Assembly: GCA_001643675.2 (NCBI GenBank)
Contig: LSRY02000001.1
Coordinates: 2,170,001 to 2,234,000 of the forward strand
DNA length: 64,000 nucleotides
Reading direction: 5' to 3'
From: Monocercomonoides exilis PA203
Taxonomy: Eukaryota > Protista > Preaxostyla
In this document: piece after piece, positions 12,787 to 24,000 of the stretch
Layout: each line of letters opens with the position of its first letter
How positions within the stretch are numbered: position 1 is the first letter of the stretch
Made by a program: the position numbers and the translations under genes
The notes under the pieces: generated by a model
Database searches by the model: none
What the model was told of the DNA's origin: nothing
What the model saw: the letters and a program-made list of their open reading frames with translations, nothing else

Positions 12787-13288
12787 GGGAAATGGGTGAT
12801 TCTTTTTGAAAAGTCACAAATGTTTAATATTCAAATAAATCAAAAATTTCATATCTTGATCATATTTCGGTTCCCGCTCATGCAACTTCACATGAATGTG
12901 TAAAATAGCATTGTCAAATTATGTCCTCCGCTTTGGTAAAGTTACATGAGCGGGAACCGAAATATGATCAAGATATAAAATTTTTGATTTATTTTAAATT
13001 AAACATTAGTGACTTTTCAAAAAGAATCACCCAAATTATTGTTGAATTTAAATTTTCTCAGTCAAAAATTTCTGTTTGAGATTTCTTTTTGAATATTGAA
13101 AAAAAAATGAACGTTATAAAGTTTTATCTTTTTTTTAAGATTATTTTTTCAAGAATATTATTTGAAGCATTATTTTTTAAACAATTTCAATGCATTTTTC
13201 TTTTAAACGATTTATTCCTCTCCAAAGAAATAAAACCTTTGATGTATTGACACTCCGAAAAAAGTAATGACTTCAAAAATAATCACAC
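12787..13288. mobile_element. MITE family C copy interrupted by a family B insertion
   Basis: Removing 12794-13036 restores GGGAAATTATTGTTGAA...TTCAAAAATAATCACAC, similar to 13406-13665. ATTT flanks both ends. Confidence 0.65.
12794..13032. mobile_element. MITE family B copy (239-bp foldback)
   Basis: ~95-bp near-perfect TIRs starting GGGTGATTCTTTTTGAAAAGTCAC. AAAT duplicated on both sides. Confidence 0.9.
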
Positions 13289-13405
13289 ATTTATGAATAA
13301 TTCGTATTATTAATTTTCAATTTTGAATTATTATTTTTCGAATAATAATTATTTTTGATGCAAATGATTTAATAAATACATTCATGAATGATTTCGTTTT
13401 GAAAT

Positions 13406-13665
13406 GGGTGATTATTATTGAAATCATATTTTTTCATACAAAAATTTCGGTGCAAAAATATAACTTGAATATCAATAAAAGAAAAAAAATTAAAAGTGAA
13501 AATGTTAATTGAATGCATTTTAATCTTTGATTCGGAAAAACCATTTGTTTTCAAAAACAATTATCATGCTTTTTCTCTTTTGAATAGAGATTTTCTTTCA
13601 AAAAACTAACAATCTTTGAAAAAACAAAACCCCGAAAAAAGATATGATTTCAAAAATAATCACCC
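13406..13665. mobile_element. MITE family C copy (260 bp)
   Basis: TIRs GGGTGATTATTATTGAAATCATAT / ATATGATTTCAAAAATAATCACCC. AAAT on both sides. Confidence 0.85.
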
Positions 13666-14028
13666 AAATTAAGTTTTTTTTTCATTTTATTCAAAAGTGA
13701 TCTGTAATTGACCCATGAATAATTAAAAGAAAATAATTAATAATTTTTATCTTTCACATAAATGATGGTTGAGAAAATGATTTCTTCATCATATTCTTTT
13801 CATGATACGTTTTATTATTCAAAACTAATAAACTAAAATTTCGAAATAGATAAAATTGAATGTCTTTTTAAAAAAACTTTTTTTGTGAAAAATTGGTTTT
13901 TGACTAAATGTTAGAAAGTGACGAAAATATCATATAATCACATAATTCATAAAAACGATGAGAAATTGGACCTCTAATGTTAATATTTGTGAACAAACAT
14001 GAAAATTTTTGATTTTTCAGAAATATAT

Positions 14029-14268
14029 GGGTGATTCTTTTTGAAAAGTCACAAATGTTTAATTTTCAAATAAATCTAAAATTTCATATTTTGCTCAAAT
14101 TTCTGTTTCAGCTCACAAATATCCTCAAGAATGTTTGAAATAGCATCATCCAGAAATAGATTCCATTTAAGTGAAGTTTGGTGTATGTTAACATATTTCT
14201 GAGCTTAATATGAAATTTTTGATATATTTGATAATTAAATATTTGCGACTTTTCAAAAAGAATTACCC
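14029..14268. mobile_element. MITE family B copy (240 bp)
   Basis: Same TIR as 12794-13032. ATAT on both sides. Confidence 0.88.
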
Positions 14269-15428
14269 ATATCATCATAAAAGAAATCGTATAATTTTTG
14301 AATTAATTCACCTAACATTGTTAGAAATGTTTTGTTCAATAAAGTTAAATTAATTGAATCATTTCAAGAAGCTGAAAACAGATATTTTTCTCGAGTGAAA
14401 AAGTTAATTAATACATATTTTGAATTCTTTGTTTGTTTTTTGTTTAATCATTTTCATTCAAATATTAAATGCTTATCTATAGTTCAAAAGCTATTGGTCG
14501 CCTTTTTAAAAATTGAAAAGGAACCATTCAATGGATATTTAACTTTTCAAGCTTTTGATATGAATATTCATAACAATTATTCAAACGGAATATTTTGATA
14601 GATAATATATGATTTCATGAACTATCACACAAATGAGATGAATTCGTATGAATATTATCAGATTTCGATGACGAAAAAATTTTTTCTGAAAAAGTGGAAA
14701 TTTTCATGTTTATTCACATATTACACAAATTGGAGGTCATATTTCTTATCATTTTTATGAATATTGTCTGAATACAATATTTTGATCATTTTTCGACACT
14801 TTATCAATGGAAGACTTGTGACAAAAAATATGTTCAGAGAAGCTCAGTAAAAAAATCATATCGGTCATGATCAAGACTGCGCGTAATCTCATTTTTTCGT
14901 TCATCAATAATATTTGGCATATTTTCATGTGTTTTTTCATTAGTAATAATCACATCAAAATCGTTAGTCATCACTAATTTTTGTAAACAATGGGATTTTA
15001 TCTGTTGATTTTGCATTTTTCAAAAAATAAAAGTTGTTATTATCTGCTTTTTTATTAACAATAAAGCATAATGAAACATTGCAAATAGAAAAACCTAAAC
15101 AAATGTGTAGATTTCAATAAATATTATTATTTTTCTTTTTTTGTCAAAAGAAATAAATTCCGAAAAAATTTTTATTGAAATTACAGTTTCTGTCATTTTA
15201 AAAAAAATATTATGTGAAATGGTTAGTGATTATAACCGAGCTTCGCTGCAATTTAATATTTTCAACATTTTTTTTGAATAATAAGTTTATTAAAATTCAA
15301 TTAATTAATGATTTGTCATTAATGAAAGGGAATTTTTGAAGCAAACAAAATTGCAGCATTTTTTTTCCTGAAAAGTTTCATTCATTAAATATCTTTGTAA
15401 AAAAAACAAGAACCTTATTTGGTCATTT

Positions 15429-15696
15429 GGGGCAAAATATTTTGCTTCAGACATTTTCATTGAAAAATTATGCATTTTCGATTAACTTTTTTATATCAAA
15501 AAGCACAATAAAAATGGATCATTTATTTGACATTCGTGAAATGACACAATACTTTATGTTTCGATTTCAATGATGCCTGTGAACGGATATTTCAATCATA
15601 TTAATCTTGAAATCTGAGAAAGCCAAACAAAGTTGTGAGCGAAGCAATTATTTTGTGCCTTATTCAAAAAAAGTTTGAAAGTCTGTATTTACCACC
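15429..15696 (+). mobile_element. MITE family A copy
   Basis: Colinear with 2365-2633. Confidence 0.75.
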
Positions 15697-15702
15697 AAAG
15701 AT

Positions 15703-15956
15703 AAGTTATTCTTTTTGAAAAGTCGTTATTGTTTAATTATTGGGTTCAATAAAAATGTTCCTTTTTTGATCCTTTGTTGTGATAAATCAACCAGATTTCT
15801 CCAGCATGCACTTTTTCTCACACCAAAAAGGTCAGTGAATTCAAATTCTATATATTATTAAGTTTACAATGTTAAAAGCAAAAATTTGTCAAAAAAATGT
15901 TCAATTATTAAAAACCCAGAAATTAAACATTTGCGACTTTTTAAAAAGAATAACTT
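15703..15956. mobile_element. MITE family B variant with AAGTT...AACTT termini
   Basis: TIR AAGTTATTCTTTTTGAAAAGTCG / CGACTTTTTAAAAAGAATAACTT. Flanks are AGAT and ATAT. Confidence 0.75.
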
Positions 15957-15962
15957 ATATTT

Positions 15963-16231
15963 GGGGGAAAATACGGACTTTCAAACTTTTTTTGCACAAG
16001 GCATTGAAACATTATTTCACTCATAACTTTATTTCGCTTCCTCAAAATTCAAAATAAATTTGATTTTCAATACCTTCAACAGGCTTTATCGATATCATCA
16101 CATAATGTTTGATGACCTTTCATGTATTTCAAAAAATGAACCTATTTTATTTGTGTTTTTTTAATCTCAAAAAGTCAATGAAAAGTTCAAAATTTTTCAA
16201 TGAAAAAGCTTGAAGTTAAATAATTTGCCCC
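15963..16231 (-). mobile_element. MITE family A copy, inverted
   Basis: Reverse complement is colinear with 2365-2633 and 15429-15696. Confidence 0.75.
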
Positions 16232-16304
16232 ATATAATTTTAAAAAAGGATAATTTTTTTAGAAATAAAATTAAAAGAAGGACAGAAAAAACATACAGCG
16301 AACA

Positions 16305-16536
16305 ATGCCTTCGCGCAAGTGCAGGAAGTATCACAGTCGGCTGGAGCGAATGGCTCAAATCGTTGTCGATGGAGTAGTTCGCATAACGGATGCTATTAAT
16401 TCCAAGGAATTCAGCTGCACAGGAATAAAGAACGCAGTTAGAGTGCTGAGAAAAGGAAGGCTGTTTGGAAAAATTGGCAGACCTGCATCAGCAGTGGGAG
16501 AAAATGAACAAAGAGTTTTAGACATTATTCACATTG
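16305..16536 (+). pseudogene. 5' fragment of a probable pogo/Tc5-like (HTH + DDE_1) transposase, cut by the long-TIR element
   Basis: MPSRKCRKY...V.DG...I..A...GI......GRP.....E.EQ.VL..I resembles the HTH_psq/CENP-B N-terminus. Protein-like sequence stops where the TIR begins. Confidence 0.4.
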
Positions 16537-19500
16537 GGCATAGGTCTAAATGCGCTCCTTTTGCAAATTGCGTTTTTATTCATTATTATTATGATGAATT
16601 AATAGTTAATAATTATTTAAAAACTTTTTATGGACCGATTTTTCGAAAAAAATTTTTCTTGTTGAAAAAAATGATTTTTGAAAAATGACCCATAAAAACA
16701 TGAATTTCATCGAAAAATATTCAAATTGAAAAGAAAACGTGATTTTTACACATCAAAAGTGTTTGCATTATTATATAGACTTATTTAATTTATTAATTTT
16801 CATCATAAAAAAATATAAATCTTAAAAAAAAAATTTTATAAATATTTTTGATCTAACCCACAAGTAAATTATTTATTATATAAAAAGTTGAATATGTTGT
16901 TTTGGTTTAAATAGAACCTAAAAGTATGTAATTCGTTCACTTTTATATGTTAATTTAAGTATATTATTATATGCACACTTGTAAAATATCGAAAACAGCT
17001 CTTTTTTTTCAATCAGATTTACATGTGCTTTTTGACTTGTATGTTTTTAAGCTGCAAGAAAAAATTTTCATATTGATTGCAATGGGATGTATAATGTTTA
17101 TAAAAACTATTAAAATATGACAAATGTTTATTTTGATTAATGATGTGAAAAAATGACATATATTTTTTATTTATTAACTTTATATTTAAAAATTTACTTA
17201 TTAAATGCAATGCAACCGGAAATTATATGGTTTAATTTGTCTTTGAAGTCTCTAATTCAATTTTAGTAGAAAATATTTGAGAATTAATTTTTTATATGTT
17301 ATTTTTTTTTCTTTTCATATTTTTATTGATCATTACATACCAATGATTTAAATAGAAATGGTTTTAATATGAACGACGCAAAGCGAGTTTAGGGTTTTTA
17401 CTTTAATTTTTATTTTTGAAACAGTTTTTGAAATTATTTTTAAAATGTCTTTTTCAAATATATTAATATCATTTCTTTCTCAAAATCGAAAATTAAACAT
17501 AAAACAAAAATGAATAAGATAATAATATTCATGCAGCTCTTTCAAAACAATAAAAAACAATAACAACAAAGGATTTGCAACAAAAAAAACATGTTAATTG
17601 CAGTTTTTGCAAATAGAAGAAGTCTCAATAAATAATTTGAAATGTTTTCTGCTTCAATTCTAATTTTTTATCCACTCATTGTTATTCCACCTTCTGGTGA
17701 ATTTGATATTGTTGTGTCTTTCATCATCACAGAACTTTTCATAATATCCACAAGAGATCCATCCCATCTGCAAATCTCTTCACCTCTTCCATTATCCTCA
17801 TTCCCATGATTTCCTTCTTTTTCATCTCCTTCCTCTCCATCCATTACACGAAATCCAACTCTCACATCTTCGCACTAACATATCCTTGTCATCCTTCCTC
17901 TCTTGTTTGTGCACTTGCATTGAGCAAAATAGCAGTTCAGCACACTCAACACCCTTTCAGCTCCATCCATCTTTATCACACTTCCTTCAGAAGCTACTGA
18001 GATATTCTTAGATTACACTTCCTTCATCTCTACCTTCGCTTTTCCCCCAACTCTCACAACTTCTTTCTCACACTCGATATTCGATATTCGTGTCTCAGAT
18101 ATTGACACACAAGATTCTCCACAGAATGACAGAAGTGGCACAGCTGAATGAATTCCAATGAACGACGTTTCACTCATCTTCAGCTCTCCACTCTCCACAT
18201 CAAGAATCATCCTCTCCATCACAAGATCCACTGTTGACGAGCTGAAAAAGCAATCTGAAATCTCCAATCTCCCATCCTTCTCTTTCAAAACACTCTCCTC
18301 AACCCCTTCAAACACCTCTCCAATCACACTCATCAACAAATACAATCACACTTCCTCCATTCATTTCATCTTCTTCAATCATTGCGTTGAAATGAATGGT
18401 TGCCTGAACTCTCTTCAATAATTTCACATTCAAATCTCCAATCTCACACACTCCCCCAATCGGACATTCTCCATCAATCAGAATCATATTCGTAACACTC
18501 ATTTCAATATGTCGAACTCCTGAGCAAATGCTTTTCATTCTTCTACCATGCATCGCACCATCTGTTATTTCTCCACTGCGCGATGCAAACGTTGCAATGC
18601 GAGCTAAGCTTGTTGAAGACATCAAATAAACCTTTATCCCCATTCCATTTCCATTCACACACTCACACCCTTCAATTGTTGTATTTTTCACCACAAATGT
18701 CTCTCCTGCCTTCACTCTTTTTTGTCATCACAACTCCATCTCCTGTTGTCCGATTCACATTTCGAATTGTCAAATTCCCCAGTAAACATTCTCCTGAAAA
18801 CTGTTCTGCTGTGATGGATCGGCTAACGGAAGTTGATTCATTTTAATATTTTTTTATCTCAACATCATCCATCATCAGCTACCTCAATGCAACTTCAAAT
18901 ACAGGTGCTGTTATAACACTTCCTCCAATTGCTCCTGAGATCACCACATCCTTCAGCGAAAGAGTCCTGTTCCTCACATCCATAACAAACACACCTGACG
19001 ATGAGATCCTTGCCGTGTTGTGATCCATTCTATTTCCTCCAGTTCTATCAACAATCACCTTTCTTCTCATTGAACAAAAACGCACAAACAGTACAACTAC
19101 ATCTCCTTCATTCCCGTTTTCATTCCCATTCAATTTCAGCACGTCTGATGGAATTGTCAGTGGAGTGAAAAAATGCCAATGAGATTGCATTCACTTTTGA
19201 TACCAACAATATATCACTCCCATCTTACTAAAAACATATTTCAAAAAAATAATATTCAACTCATGTATCCTCCTTTACTTTATTCTATCTTCAAAGCTCC
19301 TCCTTCGTTGCTCATCTTCGACTTTTGCCCTTCAATCCAGCTTCCAAACATCCCTATCCATTCTCTTGCACTCCATCCAAACAGTTCTGTTTCTCTTTCT
19401 CCTTCTGCTTCGCCTCAAATCTCCAATCCCTCATATAAATGTAATTTATCAAATATATTTGAAAAAAAACCATATCTCATTTTAACAATTCTTTTTTAAT

Positions 19501-20272
19501 GAAAAAATATCAAACTTTGATTTAGTGCATTGTTTTTATCGCTTCAAATCGAGTTGTTTTAAGTTATTTAAATTTAAATTTGCAAAATTATTTCATCAAA
19601 GCGCGTCAGGATCGCGTCTTATACAAAAAAATAATAATATATGAAAGGAAAAGAAAATATTAAAGAATAAAGCAAATGAAATTCATAATTTGATATGATA
19701 ATACATTTAACATCTTTTGCATCCCATTGCAATCAATATGAAAATTTTTTCTTGCAGCTTAAAAACATACAAGTCAAAAAGCACATGTAAATCTGATTGA
19801 AAAAAAAGAGCTGTTTTCGATATTTTACAAGTGTGCATATAATAATATACTTAAATTAACATATAAAAGTGAACGAATTACATACTTTTAGGTTCTATTT
19901 AAACCAAAACAACATATTCAACTTTTTATATAATAAATAATTTACTTGTGGGTTAGATCAAAAATATTTATAAAATTTTTTTTTTAAGATTTATATTTTT
20001 TTATGATGAAAATTAATAAATTAAATAAGTCTATATAATAATGCAAACACTTTTGATGTGTAAAAATCACGTTTTCTTTTCAATTTGAATATTTTTCGAT
20101 GAAATTCATGTTTTTATGGGTCATTTTTCAAAAATCATTTTTTTCAACAAGAAAAATTTTTTTCGAAAAATCGGTCCATAAAAAGTTTTTAAATAATTAT
20201 TAACTATTAATTCATCATAATAATAATGAATAAAAACGCAATTTGCAAAAGGAGCGCATTTGGACCTATGCC
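16537..20272. mobile_element. 3.7-kb element with 553-bp terminal inverted repeats enclosing a host gene fragment (Pack-MULE/foldback-like)
   Basis: 16537-17089 is the reverse complement of 19720-20272 (one mismatch noticed near the tip). Termini are GGCATAGG...CCTATGCC. No TSD found and no transposase inside. Confidence 0.75.
17668..19190 (-). pseudogene. Fragmented piece of the large surface-protein family
   Basis: EEICRWDGSLVDIMKSSVMMKDTTISNSPEGGITMSG aligns with EEICKWNGSLVLSTNSSLVMKDVIISNASSGGLSVSTG in ORF 22569-28496. Multiple stops and frameshifts. Confidence 0.8.
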
Positions 20273-21058
20273 TCAAAAACGATGATTCTGGAGATGAAAA
20301 GAAAGATCATTCATTAAATCGAGGTGAAGGAAAAATGAAAGTTATCAGAAGAATGAATTCTGATTTTGTTTTCTTTTAATTATGTTGTTTTATGAACTTT
20401 TTCACTTCATTTTTTTGGGTCAGAATAAAGAAAAAGGGTCAAGATAGAATAATAACCCTATAATAGGGTCATTCAAAATATTTTCAACAACATTCATAAA
20501 AATAATAAATTCGATGGTGATTATTATTTATTTGTTGAATTGCTGATGTTTATGAAAAATGCTTGAGAAAACAGAAAACAGAAAAAAGAAATTTGATGGG
20601 AATTAAATCTACGTGAAAGAACAAGAATAAGAAAAAGTCACGCAAGAATTTTCCAATAGGATCCAAGTGAATTCATTGGAAATTCATTCATGTTAGAGAT
20701 ACACAAAAACTAAAACAAATACATATAAAGAAAAAAAATTTTCAACTCCAAAACACAAAAACAAAAAATGACAAAAACTAAAAAAATACAACACTCACAC
20801 AAACACATTTAGTGACCTTGCTCAAGAGATGGTGGATACGCTGAAACAACATGATCCACATATGACACAATTGAGAAATCATTTCCACTGCAACATATTC
20901 AGTTGAAGGCTTCTTCAAATTTCACCTTTGCAAAAACGAATTTCCATTGAACAGCAGATTCAAAACAAGTCATCAGGGGCAGGTGCTGTTTTCGCAATCC
21001 AAACATTTTTATCATTCAGCTCAATTCCACAAACATGCAGCAAGCAAGCAAAGAAGTC

Positions 21059-24000
21059 TCAAAGCACCACATTAATCCCTTTCAGCAAACCAATCACCTC
21101 ATCCAATGTTGGCCTGTCATTTGGCTCATCTGCCCACATTTTCTCCATCACCTCAATCAACTCTTCTCCTTCGATTCCTTCTGTAAGCGGTCGCACCCCA
21201 TCTCTCATCATCTCCTGCGCTTCTTCTGGATCACATTCGCTCAAGGGCACTTCCCCTGTTGTCATTTCATGCAGAATCAGTCCAAGTGTGAAAACAACTA
21301 CCTGTTCAATTCCGTCATCTTCATCTCCCTCTTCTGGTGCACTCCATCGCTTCATTTCTTCCTTCTGCTTCTCGTGCTCTAATTCCTCTGTCAATACGTA
21401 GATTTCATTTTCGTTTCCTTCCTCAACAAAGATTGAATTCGGACATAATTGTTTTCCCATCATTTCCACTCTTTCGTCTCCAACAGATATCAAATGCTCA
21501 AACAGCTCTGCCACTGCCAAAACCACTTCCTTCCCATCAACAACATCCATCGCTCTTGTTCCCAGCGTGAAATTACCTTGCACTGAATGAATCACCGAAT
21601 GCAATGTTTTGATGTTCTTTTTCTCCTTTTCTCGAAATGGCTTCTTTGCTGATATTACGTTGAATGAATGAGATTGAGATACCAATGAAACAGAATCATT
21701 CTCGGAAAATGGCAATGGAAAATCCAAATCTGGAAGATCATTTTCATTCAGTATTTCATCGTTCATTGACGGAGGCTCTGGAAGATCTTCATCGTTGTCA
21801 ATGAGAAGAGGAATTTGGCTCGTCATCCCCTCCAGTAATGTCGATGGCATTTCACTCATCTCAAAGCTCCCTCCATTATTTTCCCTTTTCCTTTCCATCT
21901 TCCCCATTATCTCCTCGTTTTCTAATCTCTCTTTTTCAACTTTCTTTTCCACTTCCTTCAGTTTCCTTTGCAAAAGCACAGCAACCACAACAATCACAAA
22001 TAACAGAATTATTACAATAGCAATACATCCAATAAATGCAACCAGACTCCATTCAATTTTATCCTCTCCTTTTAACAGTATTTCATCGCCCTTTGGAGGA
22101 GTGATGCTTGCATTCTTTAAAATGAATGAATTTGTTGATGAAGGAGATTCTGCATCTCCAAACAAAATATACACGCTCACTTCCATTTCATTTCCACAAC
22201 TGCTGATTGCATCTTTTGCCACGCACCCTTCGACTTCTCTTTCTGATAAAAATCCATTTGAATCAAAATTGTGTTTTTCAATATCTTTCTCTTCTCCTTT
22301 CCTCTTCACAACTGCAAATGACAGATTGCATGGAACAAGAAGCATCCCTTTGAATGTTAGCTTCATTCTATGTCTCTTCTTTTGCCTCCACACCCTCCAA
22401 CACAGGAATGAAGAATGATGAATCCCTTTCTGAAACAATCCCCTCAAAACTGCACCCTTCATTCAACATCCAAAGTGATGAATTTGGCAAAACTCCATCT
22501 CCCCCTTTCAAGCTGGAAATGGTCAATGACGCTGAATCTGAACAAACGATGTTTCTTCTCATTGATGGTTATCCTTCAATCAATGGATTGTTGTTCAAAA
22601 ACTCCCCTTTCTCAATCGTCACATCTCCAGTAGACACTGACAATCCACCTGATGAAGCATTCGAAATAATCACATCCTTCATCACCAATGAAGAATTCGT
22701 TGAGAGGACAAGTGATCCATTCCATTTGCATATTTCTTCAAAATTATTATTTCTCTCGCTTTCACTTTCATTCGCAATTACTCCAATAAATCGACACAAA
22801 TCCATCGAAACATCCTTTGTATTGCTTATCTCCATAATGCTTCCTTTGCTTGACAGAGAATCACAGTTTGAACAGGAACAGTTTGAAAGTGTTGTTTGAG
22901 CTGAAGTTGAAGAAGCTGAAAGAACAGAAGCTCCTTCTGAATTTCTCGAACAGTTGTTGAATGAGGAGATTCCAATAGAAACTGTTCCTGATGACAAATC
23001 GTTTATCACAATGATGCAACCTTCAGACCATTTCACTCCATCTGCAGATACTCCATTAAATACAACACTTCCACATTGTCCAATCTCAAATACATTTGTT
23101 GCTGATTCAATTTGTTCCAGTTTCATATTTGTAATATTTATCTCATCTACATTTAACAAAAATGAAGGCTTCTTGAATGAAAACATTGATATTGAGCAGT
23201 TGTCAACATGAAGAATTCCGTTTTCGATGCTCAACAATGTTGAATTGAGAACAATAGATTCAATGCTTTCTGATTGGCCAACAGATGAAAAATCAACAAA
23301 TGAAAGAGAAAGCTGGCCACATGCTTCGTGAATGATTGAATTGCCTGAATATGAAAACAATTTCCCAAAATTGAATTTTAATCTTTCAATCCGAACGTTA
23401 TCTGATGTTGTGATCAGATTTCCCTCGTTGGCTATTGTTGAGTTCAGATATACCATTGCAGCTGAGGGAGATTGCAATGAGCGGATGGTCACATCAAGAA
23501 CATCACATTCCCCAACAATTTCCGTTTGCCCCAAGATCAGTATCTGTGAGTACAGAGATGGAATGATGTGCTGCACTCCAAAGCTCAGTGAGTGGCATGG
23601 TGTGTCCAATTCTCCACATTGCTTACTGTCTGCGTGATTGTCTGCAGTCATAGACACAAATATCGTCTCGCTCTGATATTTCACAACCCTCAGCAGAAGA
23701 TCTTCTTCATCCAGAAAGGAATCTGTTGTGCAGCCCCATATTGCCAGCTCCTTCACAAAAGGTGATCTGAAATCCAATAAGAATTGCTCTTCAACAATTT
23801 GCGATTCGACTGAGCGGCATCTTACATACACATCTCTCCCTCTGAATGCAGAGTTGTCTCGGAATGTGATATTCGACAGAACAAAACTCAGAGGCTTATC
23901 AGCTGTCGAGGTGCATTCCAGAAACAGCCACCCACCTCTTCCTGCAGTCGAGCAGAAGCACTCTGAAATCTTGCAAAATGAGCACTCAAACTTTCCTCCC

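Noticed and set aside
16537-20272. Polinton/Maverick or virophage
   Set aside because: Too short, with no polB, integrase or capsid remnants and no 6-bp TSD.
22569-22571. TAA/TAG reassigned to Gln, as in some oxymonads
   Set aside because: Multi-kb ORFs are open in the standard code, genes end at TAA and TAG, and the in-frame stops co-occur with frameshifts.
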